A stretch of DNA of 64,000 nucleotides, taken from Roseibacillus sp. (GTDB taxonomy: Bacteria; Verrucomicrobiota; Verrucomicrobiia; Verrucomicrobiales; Akkermansiaceae). Where the stretch lies: the NCBI GenBank assembly GCA_965242925.1, contig CBDEUM010000034.1, positions 64,001 to 128,000 of the forward strand, written 5' to 3'. Positions 19,574 through 28,547 of this stretch are shown in pieces. The first letter of the stretch is position 1, and each line of letters begins with the position of its first letter. A program made the translations under genes and the position numbers. The notes below the pieces were generated by a model. That model was not told the DNA's origin. It made no database searches and was given only the letters and a program-made list of their open reading frames with translations.

Positions 19574-22500
19574 TCACTGTGAGGCTGCGGCACGCAGAAA
19601 GGCCATCACCTCACCGTTGTTGATCCCTGCCACCAGATCGGGGTGGCGATCACGGTTGAGATCGATCAGATGGAGTGATTTGGCGTCCCCTGGGATCACC
19701 AGGCCGCTCTCAGATGGCGAGATGGCCTCGAAGAGCCCACCCCCGGTGTTGCGAAGGATCAATCCGACACCACCATCCATGTGACCGGTCTCCGGTTGGG
19801 GCGAAAAGGAATTGCCCACTGCGCACAGATCGAGGTCGCCGTCGCCCTCCAGATCGCTGAAGACCATTGCAAAAATGGGTGCGGCCTGCGCGAGCCTGGG
19901 CAGGGGCCGGAAAGCGAAGCTCCCCGTGCCGTCATTCACGAAGATGCCCGACTGCAGCGTGTTGGCTTCATGCCGGGTCGCGGCTGCAAGCCGTTGTTCC
20001 GGATACAAATCAGCGAGCGCCTTGGTGGCAAAGCTGTGAAAACTGGGGTGTTGTTTGCCCAGGGTTGGCATGGCATTGCGGGAGCAGCTGAACCCGCGCA
20101 CCGGAACCAAGCTGGCGCCTTCGAATTTGGCTTCCACAATTCTTTTCCTGCCACTGCCATCCACGTCGCCGTAGTACATTACGGCAGGATGCCCGGGTGA
20201 GGCGTGGTATTTTGAATTGAGCCCCACGTTGCCCGCCGCGAAATCATAATCACCATCACCATCAACGTCCGCCACCGCAAGGCTGCTCCACCATCCGGCG
20301 AGTTGCTGGAGTCCCGACATGGGGGAAGTGTCAGCAAGGGAGCCTTTCCTGTTCAGGTAGAGTTTGACCGGACCCCAGTCATGAGCGACGAGAAGGTCGG
20401 GCCACTGATCGCCATTGAAGTCGGCCCACCGGGCGGCGGTCACGAGGCCGGTGGCGGCCAGTCCCTTCGGGGTCACTTCCACGAATTTGGGAGTGCCTTG
20501 TCTGCAGTCGTTGCGGAGCAACTGGCTGCGTGGTGTTTCGGGATACCTGCCCGGGATGCTGCGCCCACCCACGAAGAGATCGAGATCTCCGTCGCGATCG
20601 AAGTCGGCCGCGCATACTGCCCCCCCGCTGATGCTGACCGCGGGGAGAGTGCCGACGGGTGCCTTGGAAAAGGAACCTTTCCCATCGTTGAGATAGAGGC
20701 GGTCGCGCAGGAGGGCGGAGCCCGGTTCGCATTCAACACCACCACTCACGACGAATAAATCGAGGTCGCCATCGCGGTCGGCGTCGAAGAAGAGCGGCGC
20801 AATATCCTCGCAGGCCTCGTCGGCCTCGAAGGGATCAAGCGTGTTGACCTTGAAGTGGTCTCCCCGGGCGGAGGGAGCCTCCCGGCGCAAATGGACGCCT
20901 CCGCAGGTGCCTGCTGCACGACCGAGGTAGAAGTCCTGGCGCCCGTCCCCATTGACGTCTCCCCACGCCATTCCCGGTCCCAGTTGCGAAAGTTTGCTGG
21001 GAAGCAGAGGCTGTCCCCTGAAGTCATCGAAGTGGCGCTCCTCATGGGCAATGCCGCGAAAAATCGAGGAGGACACGAACATAGGACGGGGAGAAGTGGG
21101 GAGGGCGATGCCCGTCCGCGGCTCGGTGATGATGTGCAGATTTCCAGCGGCAAGCTTGCCGAGCTTCTGCCGTGTTCCCGAGGGCCAGGTGATGACGAGG
21201 GACTCAAGCTCTGTTGCCTCGCCGAGACCGAAGTGAAGCAGCGGTTCATTGGAGGACATGAAGCCGCGGGAGAGGGTCAGGGTCTTGGTCTGCAGTGCGG
21301 GCCGGGTTCCGAGGTGTGCCACCACGGTTGCGCCCACGCCCCAGCTGTTTCCTCCCCGTCCCTTCAACCGCAATGCGAGCCGATTGCCGCCGGCCAGATC
21401 GTTGCGATAGAGGGAAGGCCTGCCGCCGAAATTGTTCACCACCAGGTCCAGATCAAGGTCGCCGTCGAGGTCTCCGAGGGCGGCCCCATAGCTGACCGAA
21501 TCCCCGGAGAGTCCCCACGCCTTCCCTACGTTCTCGAAGCGCAAATCGCCGGTATTTCGAAACGCCCAGTTTGCGGAGACAAGAGGCTTCTGCTTCGTCC
21601 AGAACGCATTGGCGGCGGATTGACCCTTGTTGGCGATGAGATCCTCCTCCTGCTTGCGCAGGTCGCTGTTGAACCAGTCCCGGCTCATCCCGGTCGAAAT
21701 GTAGACATCGTCGCGTCCGTCACAGTCGAAGTCGGCAAACTTGACGGCCCAGGTCCAGTCCGTGGCCGCCAGGCCACAGAGGTGGGCCACTTCCATAAAG
21801 CGACCCGTGCCGGTGTTGAGGTAAACGGCATTGCGCATATACTGGCGGGGGGAGGGGAAGTTGAGGAACCACGAGTCGCTCTCGCGGCCGGTCATGTTGC
21901 CCATCGACATCTTCTCCTTGTAGTGAGTGCTGCCCGCCATGTCGGAGGCCATGTAGTCCAGGTGCCCGTCATTGTTGATGTCCGCCACGTCGGATCCCAT
22001 GGAAAACCACGGGGTGTGGGGCAGCACATCGGGAGCGACGTCGCTGAAGGTGCCGTCCTTATTGTTGCGGTAAAGACGGTCTGCCCCGTAGAAGTCATTG
22101 GCGACGTAGAGATCGATCCAGCCGTCGGAATCGAAATCCCACCAGGTTGCGGAAAGCCCGTATCCGGTGGTCCAGATCCCCGCGGCCTTGCTTACATCCG
22201 TGAACCTCGGGCGCCCGGCATCGTCATTGCCGTCATTGCGAAAAAGGTAGTCGAACTGGGCGCTGGCCACCTGCTTGTATTTGCCCTCCGGCATCTTTAC
22301 CAGGCCTGCGAATTGGGCATAGCGGTCGGGAAGGATCGGTTCGCCATCCGGACCGGTAGCAACATTGAATCGTTCCTGCAGGAGGCCGGGCGGGGGTTTG
22401 ATGCGATTGGTGACGAGATAGAGATCGAGATCGCCATCACGATCGTAGTCGGCAAAGGCCGCCATCAGGCTTGCTCCTCTGAAGGTCAGGCCACTGCTCT

Positions 22501-22942
22501 GGGCCACTTCGGTGAAGGTGCCGTCACCGCGATTGAGATAGAGGCGGTTTGCCGTCCCAAACATGCAGACGAAAAGATCGAGGCGTCCATCTCCATTCAC
22601 GTCCGCCCAGGTAGTGCCCGCACTCCAGCCGCCTGCTACGGCGAGACCGGCCTGCCCGGTCGTGTTTTCGAACTGAAAGTCTCCGAGGTTGCGATAGAGC
22701 TGTCCACCATCTGCCGGATCGGTGAAGAAGAGATCGGGCTTCCCGTCGTCGTCGTAATCGCCGACGGCCACTCCGCCACCGGTGAACGATCCGCTGATCG
22801 CGTCCTCGAGGCCGGGCGGCGGATTCCAGGTGTGTTTGAAATCGATACCGGCCTGTGCCGGATCGAGTTTCGTAAAGTTGTCCCCGACGCACGAGAGGGT
22901 GCTCGCTAGAAACAGGAGGCAGTGGTGAGAAAAAGAGTGCAT
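19574..22942 (-). CDS. FG-GAP/VCBS repeat protein with central ASPIC/UnbV domain (CRTAC1-like), module A
   Basis: Many DxDxDGxxDL repeats, FSMGSDVADINNDG, RGFMSSNEPLLHFGLG..ITWPSG (UnbV), second FG-GAP propeller. Signal-like start at ATG 22942. Confidence 0.9.
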   Translation of the reverse strand: MHSFSHHCLLFLASTLSCVGDNFTKLDPAQAGIDFKHTWNPPPGLEDAISGSFTGGGVAVGDYDDDGKPDLFFTDPADGGQLYRNLGDFQFENTTGQAGLAVAGGWSAGTTWADVNGDGRLDLFVCMFGTANRLYLNRGDGTFTEVAQSSGLTFRGASLMAAFADYDRDGDLDLYLVTNRIKPPPGLLQERFNVATGPDGEPILPDRYAQFAGLVKMPEGKYKQVASAQFDYLFRNDGNDDAGRPRFTDVSKAAGIWTTGYGLSATWWDFDSDGWIDLYVANDFYGADRLYRNNKDGTFSDVAPDVLPHTPWFSMGSDVADINNDGHLDYMASDMAGSTHYKEKMSMGNMTGRESDSWFLNFPSPRQYMRNAVYLNTGTGRFMEVAHLCGLAATDWTWAVKFADFDCDGRDDVYISTGMSRDWFNSDLRKQEEDLIANKGQSAANAFWTKQKPLVSANWAFRNTGDLRFENVGKAWGLSGDSVSYGAALGDLDGDLDLDLVVNNFGGRPSLYRNDLAGGNRLALRLKGRGGNSWGVGATVVAHLGTRPALQTKTLTLSRGFMSSNEPLLHFGLGEATELESLVITWPSGTRQKLGKLAAGNLHIITEPRTGIALPTSPRPMFVSSSIFRGIAHEERHFDDFRGQPLLPSKLSQLGPGMAWGDVNGDGRQDFYLGRAAGTCGGVHLRREAPSARGDHFKVNTLDPFEADEACEDIAPLFFDADRDGDLDLFVVSGGVECEPGSALLRDRLYLNDGKGSFSKAPVGTLPAVSISGGAVCAADFDRDGDLDLFVGGRSIPGRYPETPRSQLLRNDCRQGTPKFVEVTPKGLAATGLVTAARWADFNGDQWPDLLVAHDWGPVKLYLNRKGSLADTSPMSGLQQLAGWWSSLAVADVDGDGDYDFAAGNVGLNSKYHASPGHPAVMYYGDVDGSGRKRIVEAKFEGASLVPVRGFSCSRNAMPTLGKQHPSFHSFATKALADLYPEQRLAAATRHEANTLQSGIFVNDGTGSFAFRPLPRLAQAAPIFAMVFSDLEGDGDLDLCAVGNSFSPQPETGHMDGGVGLILRNTGGGLFEAISPSESGLVIPGDAKSLHLIDLNRDRHPDLVAGINNGEVMAFLRAAASQ

Positions 22943-23006
22943 GACGAGGGCGCGAGCATGGTGATAGAGTTCCTTGCCCGCTTCGTCCATCACAACTCCC
23001 CCTGGA

Positions 23007-26000
23007 ATGCTTCACGCACTGGCAAGAACGGCTTTCGTCTTATCTGTATTCGCACTCATTCCCACTGCCGATGCAGAATTGGTGGCCTACTGGCCCCTCG
23101 ACACGGATGCGGAGGATGTCGTCGGGGGATACGATGGTTTTACAAGTGGAGGAGTGGTTTTCGGTGCGGAGGGGGCTGCGGCCCATTCGGGATCGGCAGC
23201 GGAGTTCAATGGAACGTCTTCGACCATCACGGTGCCCTATGCTGCCGCCCTGAACCCAGGCAGTTTCACGGTGGCGATGTGGGCCAATGCCGACAGCATG
23301 GCCGGCTTTGCATCCGCTATCACGAGCCGCGACGACGACAGTGATTCGGTGAATGGCTACATCATCTATAATGACAGCGCGGGTCGCTGGAATTTCTGGA
23401 CCGGAGGGGGTGGGCCCTCGGGATCCTGGCCCCAGCTTCCGGGACCCCCGGTGCAGATTGGATCCTGGACACATCTCGCGATCAGTTATGATGCGGGTTC
23501 GCAGACCATGCGCTTGCATGTCAACGGGGCGCTTGAGCGGTCGGCATCGGGCGCTGGTCTCTATAGTCCGAACGGTCCGCAAACCGAAGACCTCCACATT
23601 GGATCGGGCGCAGACAACGGAAGACAGTTCTACTTTGACGGACTCCTCGATGACGTGGGCCTGTGGGACGAGGCTCTCACCACGGCGCAGATTCAGGAGG
23701 TGATGAACAACGGGATTCCCGAGGGTGCACCGCTAGTGGTGTCCTTCGCCGCCGCCCCACCTTTCATCGATTCGGGGCAGAGCGTGACCTTGTCCTGGGA
23801 CACGGTGCGCGCCAGTTCGCTCTCCATCACGCCGGATGTCGGCATGGTTGCCAGGCCGACCGGAAATGTGATGGTGAGTCCTGCCCAAACTACCACCTAC
23901 ACGCTCACTGCCGTGGGCGAATCTTCCCCCGACGCGGTGGCTCGAATCACCGTAGGGGTGAATGTGGAAGCGCTGCCGCCAGTGATCAACGAGTTCGTCG
24001 CCGACAACGAAACAGGACTCACGGACAGAGAAGGGGACCGGGAGGATTGGATTGAGATCTACAATCCGAACCCCTTTGCGATCCAGTTGGGGGGATGGTC
24101 CCTGACCGATGATCCTGCCGAGCCCGGCAAATGGATCTTTCCTGCCCACGTTCTCGAGAGCGACGGCTATCTCGTGGTCTTTTCTTCGGAGAAGGATGGC
24201 CCGCTGGATGTTTCCTTCAGACTCGCTGGTGGGGGCGAGTACCTCGCCCTGGTTTCACCGGATGGCGACATCGTTCAGGAGTTTGCTCCCACCTATCCGT
24301 CTCAGTTCGATGACGTCGCCTTCGGGATTCCGACCGGGGGTGGCGTTGCGGTTTCACTCAGACCCACTCCGGGTGCCGCTAATGGGTCGGGGCTCTCCCA
24401 GATCCCTCCGGCCATCCTCAGCGTCAACCAGCATCCGCTCACTCCTGCCCAGAGCGAGGCACTGGTGGTCACCGCCGAGATTGAACCCCGTCTGGGGGCG
24501 ATCGCTACCGTCACGCTCACTTATCGCGTCAATTTTGATCGCGAGTTCTCCCTCCGCATGACCCAGGTGGGCGGAACCAGTTATCGTGCCACCATTCCCG
24601 CTAGAGCCTACTCCGCGGGAGACATGGTGCGCTGGTTCGTCATCGCCAGCACGACAGGCAGAGAGACCACGCGCTCGCCCGCCTTTCCCGATCCCACCGA
24701 ATCCGCGCAGTATCACGGAACAGTGGTGGCGGACCCCTCCATCACCTCCTCCCTTCCGGTGCTGCACTGGTTTGTTCAGAACACGGGTGCCAGTAATACG
24801 CGCGCCGGGACACGAGCCAGTCTCTATTTCGCGGGGCGCTTTTACGATAACATCTTCTGCCGCATACGAGGGCAGAGCACCGCCAACTGGCCCAAGCATA
24901 AATACAAGTTCGACTTCTATCGCGGAGGGCACTTTTTCTGGAAGGAGGGAGCCCCCAGGGTGGAGGAGTTCAACGTCAACTCGCACTACCGCGACGGCTA
25001 TGTGCGCGAGAATGCGATCTTCGCCTTCCTCAACGAAGCTGGTTCACCTGCGCCCGCCACGATGTTTATGTGGATCCGGCGCAACGGAGCAGACTTCGGA
25101 CTCTTCTCGTTCGTGGAGCAGATCGACGAGGAGTTTCTCGGGCGCCACGGCTTTGATGCCAGCGGTCCGATGTACAAGGCGATCAATGTCCCCGCCACTC
25201 TTTCACCCACCGTCAACACCAGTCTTTATCGCAAGGTTCTCAATCGTGATGCCCCCTACACCGATCTCCGTGATTTTACTGCCAGGATCAATATCTCCAA
25301 TCCGAATCGCTTCGCCTATGTCGCCGATGAGGTGAATCTTCCCAACTACATCAACGTGATGGCCGCAATGGCGGTTCCCTTTAATCACGATCAGCTCACC
25401 AAGAATTACTATCTCTACCGCGATCCGCATCGACAGGAGTGGTTCCGCTTCCCCTGGGACGGGGACGCAGGATTGCCATCCGGCACCACGAGTTCTCACG
25501 AGAACTGGTCCAGTCCGCTCTACGGCGACGCAGGGCACACGCAGGAACTGGTTAACGGTAATCCCAACCCGACCTGGCAGAATCACATGCACGCGGCAAT
25601 TTTGGATAATCCCATCACACGGGAAATGTACATGCGCCGCTTGCGCAACCTCGCCGATCAGTACCTTCGGGTGGACCGCAGCGGAAATGGATGGTTCGAA
25701 AACCTCATCAACGGGTGGAATGCTGAGATTTCAGCGGATGCTGCCCGTGACTTTCAGCTGTGGTCGCCCCAGGGAATCAGCTCCCTCAGCGGCACGATTT
25801 CGAATGTTCTCAACACCTCCCTGCCCAATCGTCGCAGGGCCCTTTTCCAGACCTACGGTCCACCGGGGACCGGACTCATCCCCCATCCGGAGCCCTCAAA
25901 TGCGAGGGTTGAGTTTGGAGCCATCGATTTCAATCCCGCCAGCGGTGATCAGGATCACGAGTATATCGAGATCATCAACACCAACGATTACGCAGTCGAT

Positions 26001-27038
26001 CTCAGTGGTTGGCGAATCGAGGGGGGCATCACCTTCACCTTCCCGCCGGGTGCCGTGATCCCGGCCGCCGGTGTCGATCCCGAGCGCGGCAAGGTGTTCC
26101 TGAGCCCCGACGTGATGTCCTTCCGGATGCGGCCCTCCGGTCCCACCGGCGGCGAATCGCGGATCATACTCGGCAACTACGCTGGCCATCTCTCGAACTT
26201 CGGGGAAACCCTTACTCTCCTCGACGACACCGCGCGCCAGGTTGCCCGGACTGTGCTGACTCCTCTCCCCAGCGATGTGCAGCTCTACCTCGCGGTATCG
26301 GAGGTCATGTACCACCCTGCGGTGGAGGGAGCCGAGTTCATCGAATTGATCAACATCAGCGACGTGGTCACGCTAGACCTCACCCATGTGAGGTTCAGCG
26401 CCGGGGTGGAGTTCGATTTCACCGGGAGTGCCGTTACTTCCCTTGCTCCCGGCGCCCGGGTGCTGGTCGTGCGTGACCTGGTCGACTTTTCCGCCGCTTA
26501 CGGTGCCGGGTTGCCGGTCGCCGGCGTCTTTGCCAATGGTAGTGCGCTCTCCAACGGTGGTGAGCGCATCAAGGTCGACGACGCTTCGGGAAGTAGTGCG
26601 ATCAACTTCAGCTATCTTGACGTGGAGCCATGGCCGTCTGCCGCCGATGGCGGGGGGTATAGCATCGTCTTGAAGCGGGTAGAGACCGGGACCGATCCGA
26701 GGGAAGCCAGGAATTGGAGGTCGAGTGCCCTTTCCGCCGGATCACCGGGTCTCAGCGATGTCATCCCCTTTGGAGGAGGCGATGCCCTGAGTTACGCCCT
26801 GGCCAGCGAACCAATTGTCCAACGCACTGCCGAACAGGTCACCTTCAGCTACCAGCACCGTCTCGGTGCTGAGGAGGCTGAGCTCACGGCGGAATGGTCG
26901 GGCGACCTGATGGTCTGGAATTCCGAGGCACTGGTCTTGCTCAGCCGGACGCCGGACGGGTTGGGATTGGAGAGGCTAACCTGGCAATTACCGGCTGGAT
27001 CCAGGGGATTCGTGCGCTTGCGGGTGGTGGTGCCCTAG
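23007..27038 (+). CDS. LamG / lamin-tail / CotH kinase-family large secreted protein (CotH giant 2, module A)
   Basis: Signal peptide; LamG (LVAYWPLD..WTHLAISYD..FDGLLDDVGLW); three LTDs; CotH (RIRGQST, KHKYKFDF, NHDQLTKNYYLY, FPWDGD). Confidence 0.9.
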   Translation: MLHALARTAFVLSVFALIPTADAELVAYWPLDTDAEDVVGGYDGFTSGGVVFGAEGAAAHSGSAAEFNGTSSTITVPYAAALNPGSFTVAMWANADSMAGFASAITSRDDDSDSVNGYIIYNDSAGRWNFWTGGGGPSGSWPQLPGPPVQIGSWTHLAISYDAGSQTMRLHVNGALERSASGAGLYSPNGPQTEDLHIGSGADNGRQFYFDGLLDDVGLWDEALTTAQIQEVMNNGIPEGAPLVVSFAAAPPFIDSGQSVTLSWDTVRASSLSITPDVGMVARPTGNVMVSPAQTTTYTLTAVGESSPDAVARITVGVNVEALPPVINEFVADNETGLTDREGDREDWIEIYNPNPFAIQLGGWSLTDDPAEPGKWIFPAHVLESDGYLVVFSSEKDGPLDVSFRLAGGGEYLALVSPDGDIVQEFAPTYPSQFDDVAFGIPTGGGVAVSLRPTPGAANGSGLSQIPPAILSVNQHPLTPAQSEALVVTAEIEPRLGAIATVTLTYRVNFDREFSLRMTQVGGTSYRATIPARAYSAGDMVRWFVIASTTGRETTRSPAFPDPTESAQYHGTVVADPSITSSLPVLHWFVQNTGASNTRAGTRASLYFAGRFYDNIFCRIRGQSTANWPKHKYKFDFYRGGHFFWKEGAPRVEEFNVNSHYRDGYVRENAIFAFLNEAGSPAPATMFMWIRRNGADFGLFSFVEQIDEEFLGRHGFDASGPMYKAINVPATLSPTVNTSLYRKVLNRDAPYTDLRDFTARINISNPNRFAYVADEVNLPNYINVMAAMAVPFNHDQLTKNYYLYRDPHRQEWFRFPWDGDAGLPSGTTSSHENWSSPLYGDAGHTQELVNGNPNPTWQNHMHAAILDNPITREMYMRRLRNLADQYLRVDRSGNGWFENLINGWNAEISADAARDFQLWSPQGISSLSGTISNVLNTSLPNRRRALFQTYGPPGTGLIPHPEPSNARVEFGAIDFNPASGDQDHEYIEIINTNDYAVDLSGWRIEGGITFTFPPGAVIPAAGVDPERGKVFLSPDVMSFRMRPSGPTGGESRIILGNYAGHLSNFGETLTLLDDTARQVARTVLTPLPSDVQLYLAVSEVMYHPAVEGAEFIELINISDVVTLDLTHVRFSAGVEFDFTGSAVTSLAPGARVLVVRDLVDFSAAYGAGLPVAGVFANGSALSNGGERIKVDDASGSSAINFSYLDVEPWPSAADGGGYSIVLKRVETGTDPREARNWRSSALSAGSPGLSDVIPFGGGDALSYALASEPIVQRTAEQVTFSYQHRLGAEEAELTAEWSGDLMVWNSEALVLLSRTPDGLGLERLTWQLPAGSRGFVRLRVVVP

Positions 27039-27130
27039 TTGGTGGGGTCCTGGTTGGTCGCGTCCCGGCGATAGCGGGAATGATGCTTTTGGGGTTGCCA
27101 GCGCCGGATTTCTTCTGGAATCTCTTCGCG

Positions 27131-27925
27131 ATGAAACGACTAGAGCTTGCGTGCATTCTTTTCGCGACCACTCTCGCCGCCTCGCTTCCTGCTGGTGCCG
27201 GGGTGATTGCCTGGTGGCCTCTGGATAATGATGCCAATGATGCCTCCGGAAACGGTCACAACGGATCGGTGGTAGGTGGCACGGTCAACTTCGGCCAAGC
27301 GGGTGCCAATGCTGCTACCGGGTTCTCCGCAAGTTTTCCTGACCAAGGCCACATCGATGTGCCTTACGCTGCTGTGCTCAATCCGGGCACCCAGGCCCCC
27401 GGTGGCTCGGGCAGCTTTACGATCGCGCTCTGGGCCAACTCGAGCAGCAATGGAGGGTTCAACTCACCCTTCACTGCCCGCGAAGACAACGGGGCGTCGG
27501 TAAATGGTCCGATTATTTACAACAATAACGGGGGTAACTGGAGTTACTGGGCTGGCAACAACGGACCTTCCGGGCAATGGAATGCGCTCAATGGTCCCGC
27601 CGTGCCTCTCAACACCTGGCAACACGTGGCGGTTACTTATGATTCGTCTACGCAGACTCGTAACATGTTTGTCGACGGTGTTGAGGTGCTCACTGCCAAC
27701 CTCGGCGTCTCCCCCAACGCCTTGCGTAACATCCATATCGGATCCGGTCAGGACGATGGACGTAACTTCTACTGGAATGGTCAGATCGACGACGTGATCA
27801 TGTATGACGAAGCCTTGAGCGCCGCTCAGATTCAGAATGTCATGACCAACAGCGTCCCTGAGCCCAGCGGCACGGGCCTCATGATCCTGGCGGCCTTCGG
27901 GTTCGTCCTGCGCCGTCGCCGATAG
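27131..27925 (+). CDS. PEP-CTERM protein with LamG-like jelly-roll domain (module A)
   Basis: Signal peptide from ATG 27131; LamG; C-terminal VPEPSGTGLMILAAFGFVLRRRR. Confidence 0.92.
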   Translation: MKRLELACILFATTLAASLPAGAGVIAWWPLDNDANDASGNGHNGSVVGGTVNFGQAGANAATGFSASFPDQGHIDVPYAAVLNPGTQAPGGSGSFTIALWANSSSNGGFNSPFTAREDNGASVNGPIIYNNNGGNWSYWAGNNGPSGQWNALNGPAVPLNTWQHVAVTYDSSTQTRNMFVDGVEVLTANLGVSPNALRNIHIGSGQDDGRNFYWNGQIDDVIMYDEALSAAQIQNVMTNSVPEPSGTGLMILAAFGFVLRRRR

Positions 27926-28547
27926 AGTCCAGGCGTCCACTGAATATTTAGAAGACCGGCAAACCCACTCCTTGGGTTTGCCGGCTTTTTTTAACCCCCC
28001 CCCTGGACAATTTTTCCTCTCATCCAAAACCGCTCCCATAAACCATGAACCTGCGTTCTTTCTTCCTCTTCACCTTTTGTGCAATCGCCATCCAAGTGGC
28101 CTCCGTGCACGCTGATCTCCTGGCGCACTGGCCACTCGACAACGACGCCGCTGATGCCACTGGAAACGGGCACGATGGGGTCGTGACTGGAGGGACTGTT
28201 AATTTCGGACAACCCGGAGCCAATGCTGCCACCGGCAATGCCGCGGCCTTCCCTGACAATGGTCACATTGACGTCCTTTTCGATACGGCGCTCAATCCGG
28301 GCACCCAGGCCCCCGACGGCTCGGGCAGCTTCACGATCGCGCTCTGGGCCAACTCGAGCAGCAATGGGGGATTCAACTCACCCTTCACTTCCCGCGAAGA
28401 CAACGGGGTGTCGGTAAATGGTCCGATTATTTATAACAATAACGGCGGTAACTGGAGTTACTGGGCTGGCAACAACGGAGCCCCCGGGCAATGGAATGCG
28501 CTCAATGGTCCCGCCGTGCCCCTCAATACCTGGCAGCACGTGGCGGT
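27376..28547 (+). repeat. Near-identical LamG-coding DNA shared by the PEP-CTERM gene (core 27376-27633) and the large gene (28290-28547)
   Basis: Collinear at offset 914, with long identical runs. Confidence 0.9.
27956..27992 (+). terminator. Rho-independent terminator
   Basis: 12-bp perfect stem CCGGCAAACCCA / TGGGTTTGCCGG, 5-nt loop, followed by T7. Confidence 0.85.

Noticed and set aside
20855..22909. 684-aa + strand ORF (also 10707-12317, 32003-33424, 41085-42536 and similar)
   Set aside because: Antisense shadows of well-supported genes in GC-rich DNA; no recognisable motifs.
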